Part shown: positions 26,816 to 39,448 of the stretch, piece after piece
How the letters are laid out: every line of letters begins with the position of its first letter
How positions within the stretch are numbered: position 1 is the first letter of the stretch
Source of the DNA: Octopus sinensis
Lineage: Eukaryota
DNA length: 64,000 nucleotides
Assembly: GCF_006345805.1 (NCBI RefSeq)
Contig: NC_043003.1
Location: 4,092,001 to 4,156,000, forward strand
Direction of reading: 5' to 3'
Position numbers and translations under genes: made by a program
The notes under the pieces: generated by a model
Databases searched by the model: none
Seen by the model: the letters and a program-made list of their open reading frames with translations, nothing else
What the model was told of the DNA's origin: nothing

Positions 26816-27198
26816 CTTGTTTGTCATTTGACTGCGGCCATGCTGGAGCACCGCCTTTAGTCTAGCAACTCGACCCGGGACTTATTCTTTGTAAGCCCAG
26901 TACTTATTCTATCGGTCTCTTTTTGCCGAACCGCTAAGTGACGGGGACATAAACACACCAGCATCGGTTGTCAAGCAATGCTAAGGGGACAAACACAGAC
27001 ACACAGACACACACACGCATATATATATATACATATATACGATAGGCTTCTTTCAGTTTCCGTCTACCAAATCCACTCACAAGACATTGGTCGGCCCGTG
27101 GCTATAGCAGAAGACACTTGCCCAAGGTGCCACGCAGTGGGACTGAACCCGGAACCATGTGGTTGGTAAGCAAGCTACTTACCACACAGCCACTCCTG
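26812..27198 (-). mobile_element. Full-length, young-looking family B SINE
   Basis: Intact head CAGGAGTGGCTGTGTGGTAAG, GGTTCAGTCCC, CACCTTGGGCAAGTGTC, and intact 3' end. Confidence 0.92.
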
Positions 27199-28079
27199 TG
27201 ACACTATAGCCGATAGGTTTGTATGTGTGTGTGTGTATCATCAGAGGATTTGCGAAGAGATACGAAAGAATGAGAATAAACATTATGTCAGTCACAGAAC
27301 AAGGAATGACTGAGTGTGGCATTCTGTAGAATTTGGAGAGAAAATAGGTTTGAGTCCTTTGGGAGGCTGGCTACTTCATTATCTCGATAGGTTTGTACTG
27401 AAAGCCAGAGAGAAACGCAACTTTCATAGGGACATACATATGTTCCCCTAGAATTGTGTAAACACGGCACAAACACAGTTTCATCTCAACCCATCTCTCT
27501 CTCTGTCTCTCCCATCTTCATCGATATATCATTGGTCGCTTTACACGGCTTCACCGTCTGATATACAAACATTTACACGCATATATGCATACACACACAC
27601 ACATATATATATGTATATGCATACATACATATATAATAAATCTCTGAGCGAGGTATAAACAGTAGCCGCACGGCAACGTGAAGTATATTTGCCACCTTTA
27701 TACATTAGCCACATTTTGGCTAACCCCTAAGGGTTGATGCTACTGTAGCTTGTAGCCCCAGGAAGACATCTCTTCCAGCTGACTATTGACACATTATCTA
27801 TGCCCTGTAAAAGTAAACGTACGAACAGAGCAAATTCAACTACTTACTACCCAACAGATTGAAAAAATTATATAAGCACCAATAAACTTGTGTGTGTGCG
27901 TAATATATATATAAATACAAAATGGGACAAGAACGCAAAACATTTAGAAGACGATACAAAAAACACGGACGAGTCATTCGCAGCCTTTAATCTTCAGTCA
28001 AGAACCGGATCATCCTCGCAATTTCGGCTTTCTTGTCCCATTTTGTATATATATATATATAGCGGCGTACGTACATTTT

Positions 28080-28114
<35 letters not shown>

Positions 28115-28118
28115 ATGT

Positions 28119-28160
<42 letters not shown>

Positions 28161-29805
28161 TGTCTTCTGGAAGTGTTTATTTTCACTTACCAAATGTGTA
28201 AACAAACGGTTCTCCCCCCCCCCTTACCGTTTTGGGTGCAACAATTCAAACCATTTACCTTCCTGATTTTCAGAATGTCTTACAGCTCTTTATTGTTCCT
28301 GCAATCGTAAATATCCACAAACTCTATGAGTTATAAACTGTGGAACCGCCTAAGCAAGTATGGTACGCACTGGTATATTGTGTAATAGTACCTGGTATGG
28401 AAGGTGTTGTCACGGTTAGAAAGTCTTTGATCATATGTCTGCTTGATCAGGGTTGACCCTTGGTTAAACAGCAACCATTAAATTAAAGACGAAATGGTAG
28501 AAATTGTGGAGATACAGATATGAGGCAGAAGAGGAAGAGTAGAAACTACCAGTGAGTATGTATGTATGTATGTATGTATGTATGTATGTATGCATGTATG
28601 TATATATGTGCGTGTATGTGTGTGTATGTATGTGTGTGTGTGTGTATGCTTAAGTGATTGTATGTATGTGTGTATGTAGTTATAAGAGGATGCGTGTATA
28701 TGTGTATGTTTGTGTATGTATGTATGGCGTCTGTGTTGTGTGTACATGTGTATGCGTGTGTGTATGTATATGCTACTTATGTGTGTATATATGTACGTGT
28801 GTCTGTAATTCTTTCTTTTTGAACCTACTTTCTCTCATGTGATGGCGTAATTTTCTGGTGGAGAAGATTTTCCGCTCAGCTAGGTGGCAGCACCGTCCAC
28901 TTCCAATTAACTTAAACACAATGGATTCAGCAGGAAAGCTACAGTGGAGAGGAGTGGACCCTCTCCCATCCATCCACCCCTTTCTAAGATGTTATACTAT
29001 CCCCCTACACCCACACCAAAAGTCTAACACCGTTTTTTGTCATTAGAAATTCTGACGTGCTGGTTGTTGTTAAACACCAGGAAGCCTGCTGGGAGTCCCC
29101 CCCTCCTGACCATAATCCCTTGGTGGCGCGTTGGTTAATCCATAGACACCGCTGAGCTGAGGATCAAACTGTACTACTCTGACATACAGCAGTTTGCTGT
29201 ACACTGTGTTCTTGTTTAGCCCGAGGTCGGTCCTAATCAATCAATCAGACGTTCCAATCATGACCACTCCGTCCCGTTTATTTCCTTTTGTAAAACAGTG
29301 CAATGTGTTCTCGGGAAGATTTTGGTTGTTATTTTCAGCGTATCGAGTCCCATCCTTGGCAACGTTATACTGTGTGTAACGGGGTGGTCATCAAAGATCG
29401 GACTGTCTTTGGTACCCTGTAAATTACGGTTGTCACAGGTGAGGCCAGGTGTAGTAGTAGTTCTGTTTCACTAAACATTGGTTGCGTGCACCTCGGTAAA
29501 GGGATGGCTGTTGGGAGATAAAGGTTATCGACAATGATGAAAGCGATGGCCAGGGCGATATCGATGGCAATGGCGACATTGGTGATCATGCCGATGATGA
29601 TGATGATGATGAGTATGAGGGTAACGATGATGATAGTGATGTTGTTTTCAAGCTTGCGTATCTTTTCGAGATCAACCATTCTGGGGCCGAGGCTGGTGTT
29701 GTGGTAGCCATCTGTGATATCGTAATTGCTTCGCTAGAGTACTATGGTAGCGGTCAAGGGTAGTATATTAACGATGTGGGGTGGCGAACATATCTCTGGA
29801 GAGAC

Positions 29806-29840
<35 letters not shown>

Positions 29841-29851
29841 AAGAAAGAGAA

Positions 29852-29888
<37 letters not shown>

Positions 29889-31429
29889 GAGAGTGTGTGT
29901 GTGTGTGTTTGTGTGTGTTTTGAGAGGATAGTAATGCTGTAGTGTTAGAAAAGTGTTGAGAAGTGTTGTAACGGCATTGTGGTGTGTTGTTATATTTTGC
30001 AGTGTGCTGTTGTTGTTGTAGTATTGTCATGCGGTGGTGTTGTGTGATGTGATTGTCATGTTGTAGTGCTTTTGTGGTTGCGCAATGCTGTAGGATGTTG
30101 GAGATAAGTAAAATTGTTTCTTTATGTCGGGTGTTTATAGAATTTATTGCAACAAGAAGTGTCAGAGTTTACAGATACAAAATACTTCTGCTTCTACCCC
30201 GGGTGACCTACCCATCGGACACTGAGACGCTAGAGTTTACAGTGAAGTTGCCCTAAAACTATGCTCCCCGCCTCTCGGCTTGCCTCCCCTACTCTTCATC
30301 CATCCACCCATTCCTACCATGTTTGGTTTTTGGGAGACGAGAAAACTATACTATCGTCTCAACTGATCGGTTCCCATGTCTTAATTACCAAATGGCAATT
30401 AACACCATCTTCGTATGACAAGGGGAGATAATCTTACGGATCAGAAATTCTCCAAAGCCGACATGACATCAAAGAAAAAGACCGGCTTATTGTCTGGAGA
30501 TAAAAGAACGGTCGGGGGTCCATTCAATCTACTGTTTATTTATATAAATGTTTATCAATCTGATTATTTATCTACCTCTCCGTCCATCATTCTACCTACC
30601 TATCACCCCATGCCTGTCTGTCTGTCTGTGTCTCTATCTCTATCTTCCTCTCTCTCTTCACCCATCCATTCACCCATCCAACCATTTATAGCTGAATGTT
30701 ACTCGCAAAAAAAATTCTCATCAATCTCAGGAGCCGTGCATTCCAGTCGGTGCCAAAGAATAGATGGAATATTATTTGAAATTCTGTAGAGGACATATCG
30801 AAGTCAAGTTCACCTATCGTCTGCTGGGTGACGTCATCCGCTGACAACTCGATTGAAACGGGCCGTCAGCACCCCATACAACTTGCCATTCATCTTCAAC
30901 CTTCTTTAGAAACCCCTTGTTTTGGTTAATCCCTCTCCTGACCTTTTATTTTACCATTTTATTTTCAGATTTCTACGCAACATATAATGCCATTCCTCAC
31001 TTCGCATACACATATTCTTACAAGACCCACAATTGCCTGGAAACTATCAAGTTTCTGTCATTAGTTACATTCTCAAAGAACTTTCTAGTTGATTCCAAAA
31101 GTCAAAGTTCACGAGAAACATTCTGGATAGCAATAACGAAATCCCCTCCCCCGCTCCACATATCCATGAAAGCTGATCTTCTATAGTATTACCATTATTA
31201 TTTAATGGGGCTCTTCCTATAACTAAAATACCATTTTGATAACGATACATGCCCGCCTTTATCTGAGATGTGTGATGTACGGCCGCCGCCGATGTTTGCA
31301 GGTAAACTCCCCGCTTCTAGTTAATTCATCACCTTTTACTATAGCTCAAATGCACACACCACACACACACACACAACACACACACACACAAACAATTTTC
31401 TCCTTTATGTCGGGTTATAATAATAATAA

Positions 31430-31646
31430 TAATATTTGCCATGATAGATCGCTATCTATCATTCGCCATGATAGATCGCTAGCCACTAAACCATTTTTGA
31501 TTTTCTCTCCTTGTTCCTTTCTGTGTTCCTTTCTGTGGAAGTGCGTAGGCTCGAAACGTTAAAGACTTTCTCACTTCCCGAGCGTTAAACTAATACATCT
31601 GTTTGTTGTTTACACATCCGTCTTCGTCTTTTGTAAATCCTCACTA
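31430..31646 (+). mobile_element. Hammerhead-like repeat, subfamily 1, with a duplicated 5' end
   Basis: GCCATGATAGATCGCTA occurs twice; CTTT-CTGTGGA-AGTGCGTAGGCTC-GAAAC-GTT-AAAG at 31529-31564. Confidence 0.65.
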
Positions 31647-31659
31647 TAATAATAATAAT

Positions 31660-32027
31660 CATCCTATCCACTAAAGGCACAATGCCAGAGATTTTGGGGT
31701 GAGGGAACTGGTCGATTACATAAGTGGTACTTATTTTATCGACTGCGAGAAGATGAAAGGTAAAGTCGAACTCGGTAGCATTTAAAGGCGGACGAAATAC
31801 CGCTAAGCATTTCGACCGGCATGCTAACTATTCTGCCAGCTCGCCCCCCCCCCTTAAATAATAATCCTTTCTACTAAAGGCACAAGGCCTGAAATTTTTA
31901 TGGAGGCGGCTAGTCGATTACATCGACCCCAGTGTTTCACTGGTACTTAATTTATCAACCTCGAAGGGATGAAAGTCAAAGTCGAACTCGGTGGCTTTGA
32001 ACTCAGAACGTAAAGACGGACGGAATA
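31660..32027 (-). mobile_element. Two family A SINE copies
   Basis: GATGAAAGGTAAAGTCGAACTCGG and GATGAAAGTCAAAGTCGAACTCGG central domains; the second is cut off by the MITE at 32028. Confidence 0.8.
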
Positions 32028-32237
32028 CAATAATCCCTCGTCATATCGCGGTTTATTACTTAAGCATACGTCGATTCCTCTGCGGTGTTGTTTTGCGTTT
32101 ATGATAACAAAAAAATACATAGATTATAAAAATAATAAAAAAAATATACAGTATTGTTTCTACTTCGCGGATTTTCACCTATCGCGGGGTGGGGGATGGG
32201 GCGGTACGTAATATCCGCGATGGTCGAGGGATTACTG
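32028..32237. mobile_element. Tigger/pogo-type MITE
   Basis: TA|CAATAATCCCTCGTCATATCGCGG ... CCGCGATGGTCGAGGGATTACTG|TA, imperfect TIRs with TA flanks. Confidence 0.8.
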
Positions 32238-32299
32238 TATATAACGATAACTATTTATGACAATTACTCTATATAACAATAAGAGTCGAATGGAATAAG

Positions 32300-32976
32300 T
32301 GCCGAACGCATACAATCAGGAACTCAACGCGTTCTTTTCAGCCTCTCTCTATTCATTTATTTTTATTTTTTCTGCCAAAGAGCGTACGCTCGAAATGTAG
32401 AAGACTTTTCTATTTTTCCCGAGCATGAAACTAATACACTTGCTTGTTGTTCCTACACCCGTCTTCGTCTTTTGGTTTTCAGTAAATTTCAACTATACGT
32501 ACGTACGTAGATCATATTTGAAACGAAGGAATTCGAGAATAGAATGGAAACGTACAACGAAATCGCAGAATACCGAATATGTATGTATGTATGTATGTAC
32601 GTACATACATACATAGATATATATTCGGTATTCTGCGATTACGTACATACATATATATATATACAAGATGGATCGTTAGCCACTACACACATTTTTTCTC
32701 TCCTTGTTTTTTTCTGTGTCCCTCTCTGTAGAAGAGCGTGCGTGCGTGCGTGCGTGCATACGTACATACATACATACATACATACATACATACATACATA
32801 GGATAGATCGTTAGCCACTACACACATTTTTTTCTCTCGTTTTTTCTGTGTCCCTTTCTGTAGAAGAGCGTAGGCTCGAAATGTAAAAGACTTTTCCTAT
32901 TCCTGAGCGTTATACTAATACATCTGTTTGTTTTGTACACCACCTGTCTTCGTCTTTTGTTTTTTTCGTAAACTCT

Positions 32977-32980
<4 letters not shown>
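32300..32980 (+). mobile_element. Cluster of three hammerhead-like repeats (diverged, truncated, full) with an inserted RTE fragment and a palindrome
   Basis: Motifs at 32369-32403, 32726-32738 (truncated) and 32854-32889; see findings. Confidence 0.7.
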
Positions 32981-33035
<55 letters not shown>

Positions 33036-33466
33036 CTTTTATACTCGCTTGCATACATATATTAAAGTGTTTGTGTGTATACATACACACGAACACGCAC
33101 GCACACACACATGTATATTTATGTATTTATCTGTGTGTGTGTGTGTGTGTGTAAGCACATTTTCTGTATTTCTTGTGGTATATATTTTACCCTTTCGCGC
33201 CCGCGCACCATATTTTCATTAAACTCATTATTTACTCTGCTAACGAGCTTTTAATTAGATTCATATTACTCTCTCTCTCACTATGACCCGTTTGCCAAGA
33301 CCGGGTTGCCCAGACTACGAACTACTTCCACTTCCTCTCTCTCTGAATGCAGCCCTTTCCCCCCCCTCTCATACACATAACTGATGGGAAAGTGGTGGCC
33401 GTCTCATAACCTCTACCTTCGATACACCCCCTCCTCCTCCCACTACAACTACTGTTTTTATATTCT

Positions 33467-33672
33467 TATTTCTTTATTGCCCACAAGGGGCTAAACATAG
33501 AGGGGGCAAACAAGGACAGACAAAGGGATTAAGTCGATCACATCGACCCCAGTGCGTAACTGGTACTTATTTAATCGATCCCGAAAGGATGAAAGGCAAA
33601 GTCGACCTCGGCGGAATTTGAACTCAGAACGTAAAGACAGACAAAATACCGCTAAGCATTTCGCTCGGCATG
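33467..33672 (-). mobile_element. Family A SINE
   Basis: CCACAAGGGGCTAAACATAG...GGCAAAGTCGACCTCGGCGGAATTTGAACTC. Confidence 0.9.
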
Positions 33673-34579
33673 CACACATCATGTCAGTCTTGGTGAGATG
33701 ATTCCGAATTGCTCCACCATGGCCAGAGCCACAGTAATAACTAAGATATGAGCAGCCTAGCGTTAGAATTTACAATGCGATATATTGGTAAAACAGAAAC
33801 AACACCAAGAAGAATCAACTGAGGTTCTTTACCATAATCTCTTACTTGAAGAAAATTTACGAAGGCACCCGTCTCAGTTGATTAAATAGCTCTCAATATA
33901 TAACTGGTACTATATTTTATTCACCCTTATCTGTAGGATTTGAACTCAGAACATAAATGTTCGTAGCTAAATACAAGCCATTCTTTTCCTAAGCTCTACC
34001 AATTCTGCCAATCCAGCATCTGTATAACAATTTCAAAAGGGGCGTCCTCAGGGAACCGGTGCGTTTCAAGAGAGCGAGATCCAGGGTGAAGTAGTGCACC
34101 ACAACGTGCATCTAGGGTACTGCTGTATACTGGTACTTTATGGGCATGAAGAGGTAACTGGAAACACTGCGGCGGCCTGGTTGGTGCCCTGTCACGGTGA
34201 ACTCATGCTCCGCAACGGGAAATCTAGAGGCACTGAGATAAACTGGTGCTCCATAAGACGTATCTGGAGACACAAGCAAGATATGAACAACGAGAGAAAA
34301 AAAGAAGATAAAGAAATATAGTTTTTAGGGCTTGTTAGGTATTACGAGGGAAAATTTGCCCCCGTGTCAGGCAATGTAGTAAGGGCTACTATTGGCGGGA
34401 AAGGAAAACGCTCGTCTTATATTACAGCTTTGAAATGTAAGGTTGTGGAATTTGAAGAAAGTAAATGGTAACGGAATTTCTGAGAAGTTTTCTGTATCAG
34501 AGAGTTGTGAGAAATTGGAGGAAACAAAAAGAATCTTTTTGAGAAATACCAAAGACAAAAACTGTTGATGGAGGGAAGG

Positions 34580-34945
34580 TGGTTCTCTGTGCAGGAATGG
34601 AGAAAGAATTAACAGGTCGAGTCAGTGATCCGAGGAGTAGTACTTATATTCTAACATTGTTACAGATAAGTTTAAAGGTTACCGAGATAATCTCCTGGGT
34701 TAAAACTTCCAATAGATGGAGCCATCGCTTTATGGCGAGAAATGAGGGTTTGTTTGCGAGATCAAACCAAGAAAATGTGACATGATTTCGAACATAATTG
34801 CGCTTCACGATTTTATTTAACATGATTTTCATCTTGGACGAGTCAGTAACATCGTTGGACATCAAAGGAACGAAGACTATTCATGCGAGGAGTAAAGGAG
34901 ATGAAAGAATACATTTTAATGCGGTTCTTGTGGGTGTGGAAGGTT
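34580..34945 (+). pseudogene. Degenerate pogo-like transposase (CENP-B-type HTH and start of the DDE domain)
   Basis: MEKELTGRVSDPRSS...VKTSNRWSHRFMARNEGL resembles FKASRGWC.RFM.R. Downstream LDESVTSLDIKGTKTIHARSKGDERIHFNAVLVG resembles MDET...KG.KTV...G.EK.HFTVVL. Confidence 0.7.
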
Positions 34946-35039
34946 GTGGGCGGTGATGCTAAGTTTAAGTGATATTTAAAAGAAAATGATGACCAAAGTG
35001 ACAAATTATTTACCAAATTACACACACACACAAATACAA

Positions 35040-35400
35040 TGTAACCGTGCTACATACACTCTTTCACACAAGTGAAACGTGGGCTGCAAAGAAGAGGGAA
35101 GAACATTGATTGGCTACGGCGCAAAGGACCATGGGAAAATCCATCTATGCTAAGAATATCATTGCTAGATCATATTTGAAACGAAGGAATTCGAGAATAG
35201 AATGGAAACGCACAACGAAATCACAGAATACCGAAAAGGTCGGACATTTCACGAGGTTCGCAGAGAACAATTGAACCGTATGGTAGCCAAGAGATCGGAA
35301 AAGACCACCCTGAAGGCCTCCGCGACGATAGGGAGATGATTTAGTTAAGCGATTTGGGCCAAGATGGAAAAGAAGGGCGCAATTAAGATACAATTGTAGG
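35040..35400 (+). mobile_element. RTE-like LINE 3' remnant
   Basis: SETWAAKKREEH*LATAQRTM..MLRISLLDHI*NEGIRE..KRPP*RPPRR*GDD resembles RTE ETW...RMLGI.LRD.IRNEEIR...KRPRGRP.RW.D. Confidence 0.7.
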
Positions 35401-37439
35401 CGCATTGTGACCGGCGAAACAAATGATACAAATTACATACATACACACACACACACCACACATATATATATACTCTATTACTCTTAATTGTTTCAGTCAT
35501 TTGACTGCGGCCATGTTGGAGCACCACACACACACACCTTACTATTTCTATGATCTCATTTACGATACTCCGAAAACTGCTGGAGATGGAAGTTCTGTAT
35601 GATAGAGGGCTGAGGGATAATCTCACCCGAGCAGTTTGCGACCATATTACACACATTTACACGCCATAGATTTGACATCTGTGAAAGTTTCCCTATCAAC
35701 AGCTCAGCATGGGATGCGCAGCTTCAAAGGACCCCAGCTGATCTGTGTTGTCCTTTATGTCGGAAATGTGTGCGCTCATCAACATCGGGCTGAAAGTCTA
35801 TTTCAGACCAATACGCAAAGCCAGACAGATCTGCAACTGTTGATGAGATTTTTGACATAAAATACCCAAATTTTAAAACCAAATCAGGGCCAGGCAGTCA
35901 TCTGAAGGCCTAGGGTAGAAACGGTATCAAACCTTTTCCAGGCATATGTCTGCAATGAGAAAGTGGTTAAGTTCGAAATCAAGTTCACCCTCCCCCTGCT
36001 ATATATATATATATATATAATTATTATCCTAACTTACAGGGGAAAAATTCAATTTAGAAATACTAAATCAGATTTCACACAATATAATATATATATATTC
36101 TACCAATTATATACGTTATTATTATTTTTTTTTTGCAATTTACTTAATCATCGGTATTTTATTGTTATTTTAATTTTAATATTTCTATTATATGTAATTT
36201 TCTAGATGGTGTAATTTAATTGTTCATTTTGAATTGATAAAAGGTGTTTTTTTCTAATTTATATATATATATATATATATATGATGTACCAACACACAAT
36301 CATTATCTCGTATTAGTTACCATTCTCTGTCTCACTCTCCCATGTGTGTGCGTGTGTGTGTGTTATTCTTTCCCCTGCTATATAAATGATATTCTTTCCC
36401 ATGCTAGTTATATAATATCTTTACCATACAACTGACATCTTGCCCGTCAATCCCGCCAAATTATAAAGCTGCATAAAACGCTGACAACAAGTAGTCTGCA
36501 TATTCAGTGACACGAAACCTCATCCACGGCATCCAACTAACACATGTCATCACAGTTCGTTATATTGAAATCATATAAAAATTATTGCTAGCGAAACATT
36601 CTGCCGTGTTTGTTATAAATTTGTTTTCCTTTCTACGTCGTTCTCCTCGTTGAATCCAGCGACTGAAACAGCGATAATATAAACCATCGAAAGATTTGAT
36701 TTAATAAAGATAAACTGGCCAAGCATGTGTTTTCCATATATAACATTTCCGCTTTTTAATTGGGTTAAATCGGTTTGCTTATGAAAGTGAAAATGTTCTT
36801 TAGAGACGACCGGAAAGAGATTTAAGGTTAACCACTCTCTAATGTTTACGCAGAAACACTCGCTCCTTAGATGAATTTAAGGTGTCAAATTAGACGAAAT
36901 TAACAGCCAAATATTTCCCCCTGGGGACAGACCTTTCGAGAAATATGTTGAACAAAAATAACAAAAAAATACTACAAACATCTAAAAATAAATATACATG
37001 TGCAATAGACCTTGAGAGACCTCGGGGTGTTATTAAAGAGCGAAAAATCTCTTAATGGTGGATATTTATCATGTTAATGTAATTCCACGGAGAATTTTAA
37101 TATAATTTTTTGACCCGTTTATAATCCTTTGAGTTTTCACTTCAAAAAATTGCCATCGTCAGATTTGGTCAGTTACCACTGTTTCATACAGCTACACACT
37201 CAATGGTATACAGTGTGCGTGTACACACACACATACGCACTCGAGTATATACATATACACACATGAGTATGTGCGTATGTATATATACACGCGCGCACGA
37301 GTATAATGCATACATACAGGTGTGTGTCTGCATATATGTATGTCTATGTATATATGCGTCTTGTGTTAAATAGTTGTTGTCACAGTTTCAAACCCCAATG
37401 CTGGTTGTCTCCAGTTGGGGCGGCATAACAATTACTTAA

Positions 37440-37690
37440 GGGTGGACTCACCCTACCTGCCATCCTGGGTACTTAGGGTAATATCTGACATATAGTAATA
37501 CAGTTGTGGGACCCTCTCTATCTTCCACCCAAGGTAGTTAGGGTGCTTTTGATGAATGGTTTACTCCAATCACCAGCCACCCGAAGTAGTAAGGCTAACA
37601 TCTGAGAAACAGTTTACAATTGTGGGACTCACTCTATTCAGCTTCCACCCAGAGTATTTAGGGATACGTCAGATGAAGTTTCTGTAAAAT
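37440..37690. repeat. Highly diverged minisatellite, about 60-bp unit x4
   Basis: Units share GTGGGAC.C.CTCTA...CCACCC...GTA.TTAGGG. Confidence 0.6.
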
Positions 37691-37961
37691 GATGGTGAAA
37701 ATCAACTGGTTGAGTATACCACTGACACATCTACCCTTAACCTAAATAGAAGCAACCAAACACAATGTGCGACAGGGAAGTTTGAATCAAGAGTACAATT
37801 CGTCCGATGGGCTTCCGCCCAGTTTCCGTCCTAATTTTACACACGTGATGTAGGTCAACTCGAAACTATATGGGACACTTTTTTCCAAAATTACAAGCAG
37901 TGGAAACAAATACGGAATCTTATAATTGTGAAGCGAACTTTTTAAGCATTTGGCCATACTG

Positions 37962-38005
<44 letters not shown>

Positions 38006-38034
38006 ACACACACACACACACAAGCGGAAGCTAA

Positions 38035-38562
38035 TCGATCGATCCCTGGTATCTTACTGGTATTTATTGTATTGGCTCTGAAAGGATGAAAGGCAAAGTC
38101 GATCTCGGCAGAATTTGAACACAGAACGTAAAACCGGAAGAAATACCGTTTTGCATTTTGTCCGGCACGGTGAAGATTCTGCATTCTCACCGCCTTAAGA
38201 GACTCTTTACATTTTAAGTTCAAATCCTGCCATTGTCAACTTTGTTTTTAATTTCTCGGGGGCGGCGAGGGTCGAGAAAATAAAGTACTTGGTAACTCAT
38301 GGAGTTGATGGTATGGACTCGCCCTCAACCCTTACAACTGCAAACCTTGTGGCCAATTCAGAAACCACCACCACTGTCACTACTACTACTGCTGCTGCAG
38401 AATTGTCAGCAGGCTGGACGAAATGCCTAGCGGTATTTCGTCCGTCATTACGTTCAAATTCCGTCGAAGTCGACTTTGCCTTTCATCCTTTTGAGCTCGA
38501 TAAATTAGGTACCAGTTATGCACTGGACTCGATGTCCTTGCGCCTTTAGTTGAAAAGATTAC

Positions 38563-38595
<33 letters not shown>

Positions 38596-38830
38596 TACTA
38601 CTACTACTACTACTAAGGCGACGAGCTGGCAGAATCGTTAGCGCGCCGGGCGAAATGCTTAGCGGTATTTCACCAGTCGCTATGTTCTGAGTTCAAATTC
38701 CGCCGAGGTCGACTTTGCCTTTCATCTTTTCGGGGTCGATGAATTAAGTACCAGTTGAGTACTGGAGTCGATCTAATCGACAAATCCCCTTCCTCAAAAT
38801 GACTGCTCTTGTGACAAAATTTGAAACCAT
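38035..38830. mobile_element. Family A SINE cluster: one minus copy (38035-38198) and three plus copies or fragments (38200-38365, 38395-38545, 38614-38830)
   Basis: Central domain in both orientations; 38614-38830 is full length with GGCGACGAGCTGGCAGAATCG. Confidence 0.85.
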
Positions 38831-38855
38831 TATTATTATTATTATTATTATTATT

Positions 38856-39409
38856 GAGTGAGAGAGCAGTTCATGCCATCAAAGTGACACTGGGGTAAAA
38901 TATATGAAGCCCAATATACCCATCATGACTACCCGTCTGATAAGGGTACACCAGGCACATGCATCACAACCATATGTGTGCGACATGGTGATCTCATATC
39001 AAGATAAACAGCACATGACCTTGCAGGTGGGGCCCAGTTAGAATTTTCTTCAGGTTGAGTAGCCCATCCCGCTCAAAAGGTCCCTGAATAAGGGTTGTTT
39101 AAGGATGTTGAAAGAACCACCCATGTTTCCAGAGGTGAACTATTCAAACCCCAAAGAATCCCTCTCAACACATGGCTATGATGCTCCCCCACTACTTCTG
39201 CTCGTGATCAGAGCTGCACATATCGTCAGCCACTAAGGGACATGCTCAACTGGTTAAGGTCAAACAACTGACAAGCAAATCTGTGGTATTGAGCAGAATA
39301 TTTGCTGTAGCCCATCTTTTATACCAAGACAAAACAATGTACATGATAACACTTCCGATCAGTTAAGATCAGAAGCCATGAGAGCCACTGCCTGGTACTG
39401 CATCAGGGC

Positions 39410-39410
<1 letters not shown>
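38856..39410. mobile_element. 555-bp non-coding element embedded in (ATT)n
   Basis: Complex sequence with sharp ends and (ATT)n tracts directly on both sides; no TIRs, no ORF. Confidence 0.6.

Positions 39411-39448
<38 letters not shown>

Noticed and set aside
29510-29765. Asp-rich acidic open frame on the plus strand
   Set aside because: Decayed (GAT)n repeat, no start codon or splice context.
35590-35845. Additional RTE 3' end with CPLC..IGLK zinc-finger-like motif
   Set aside because: Needs frameshifts and the similarity is marginal by eye; left uncalled pending a search.
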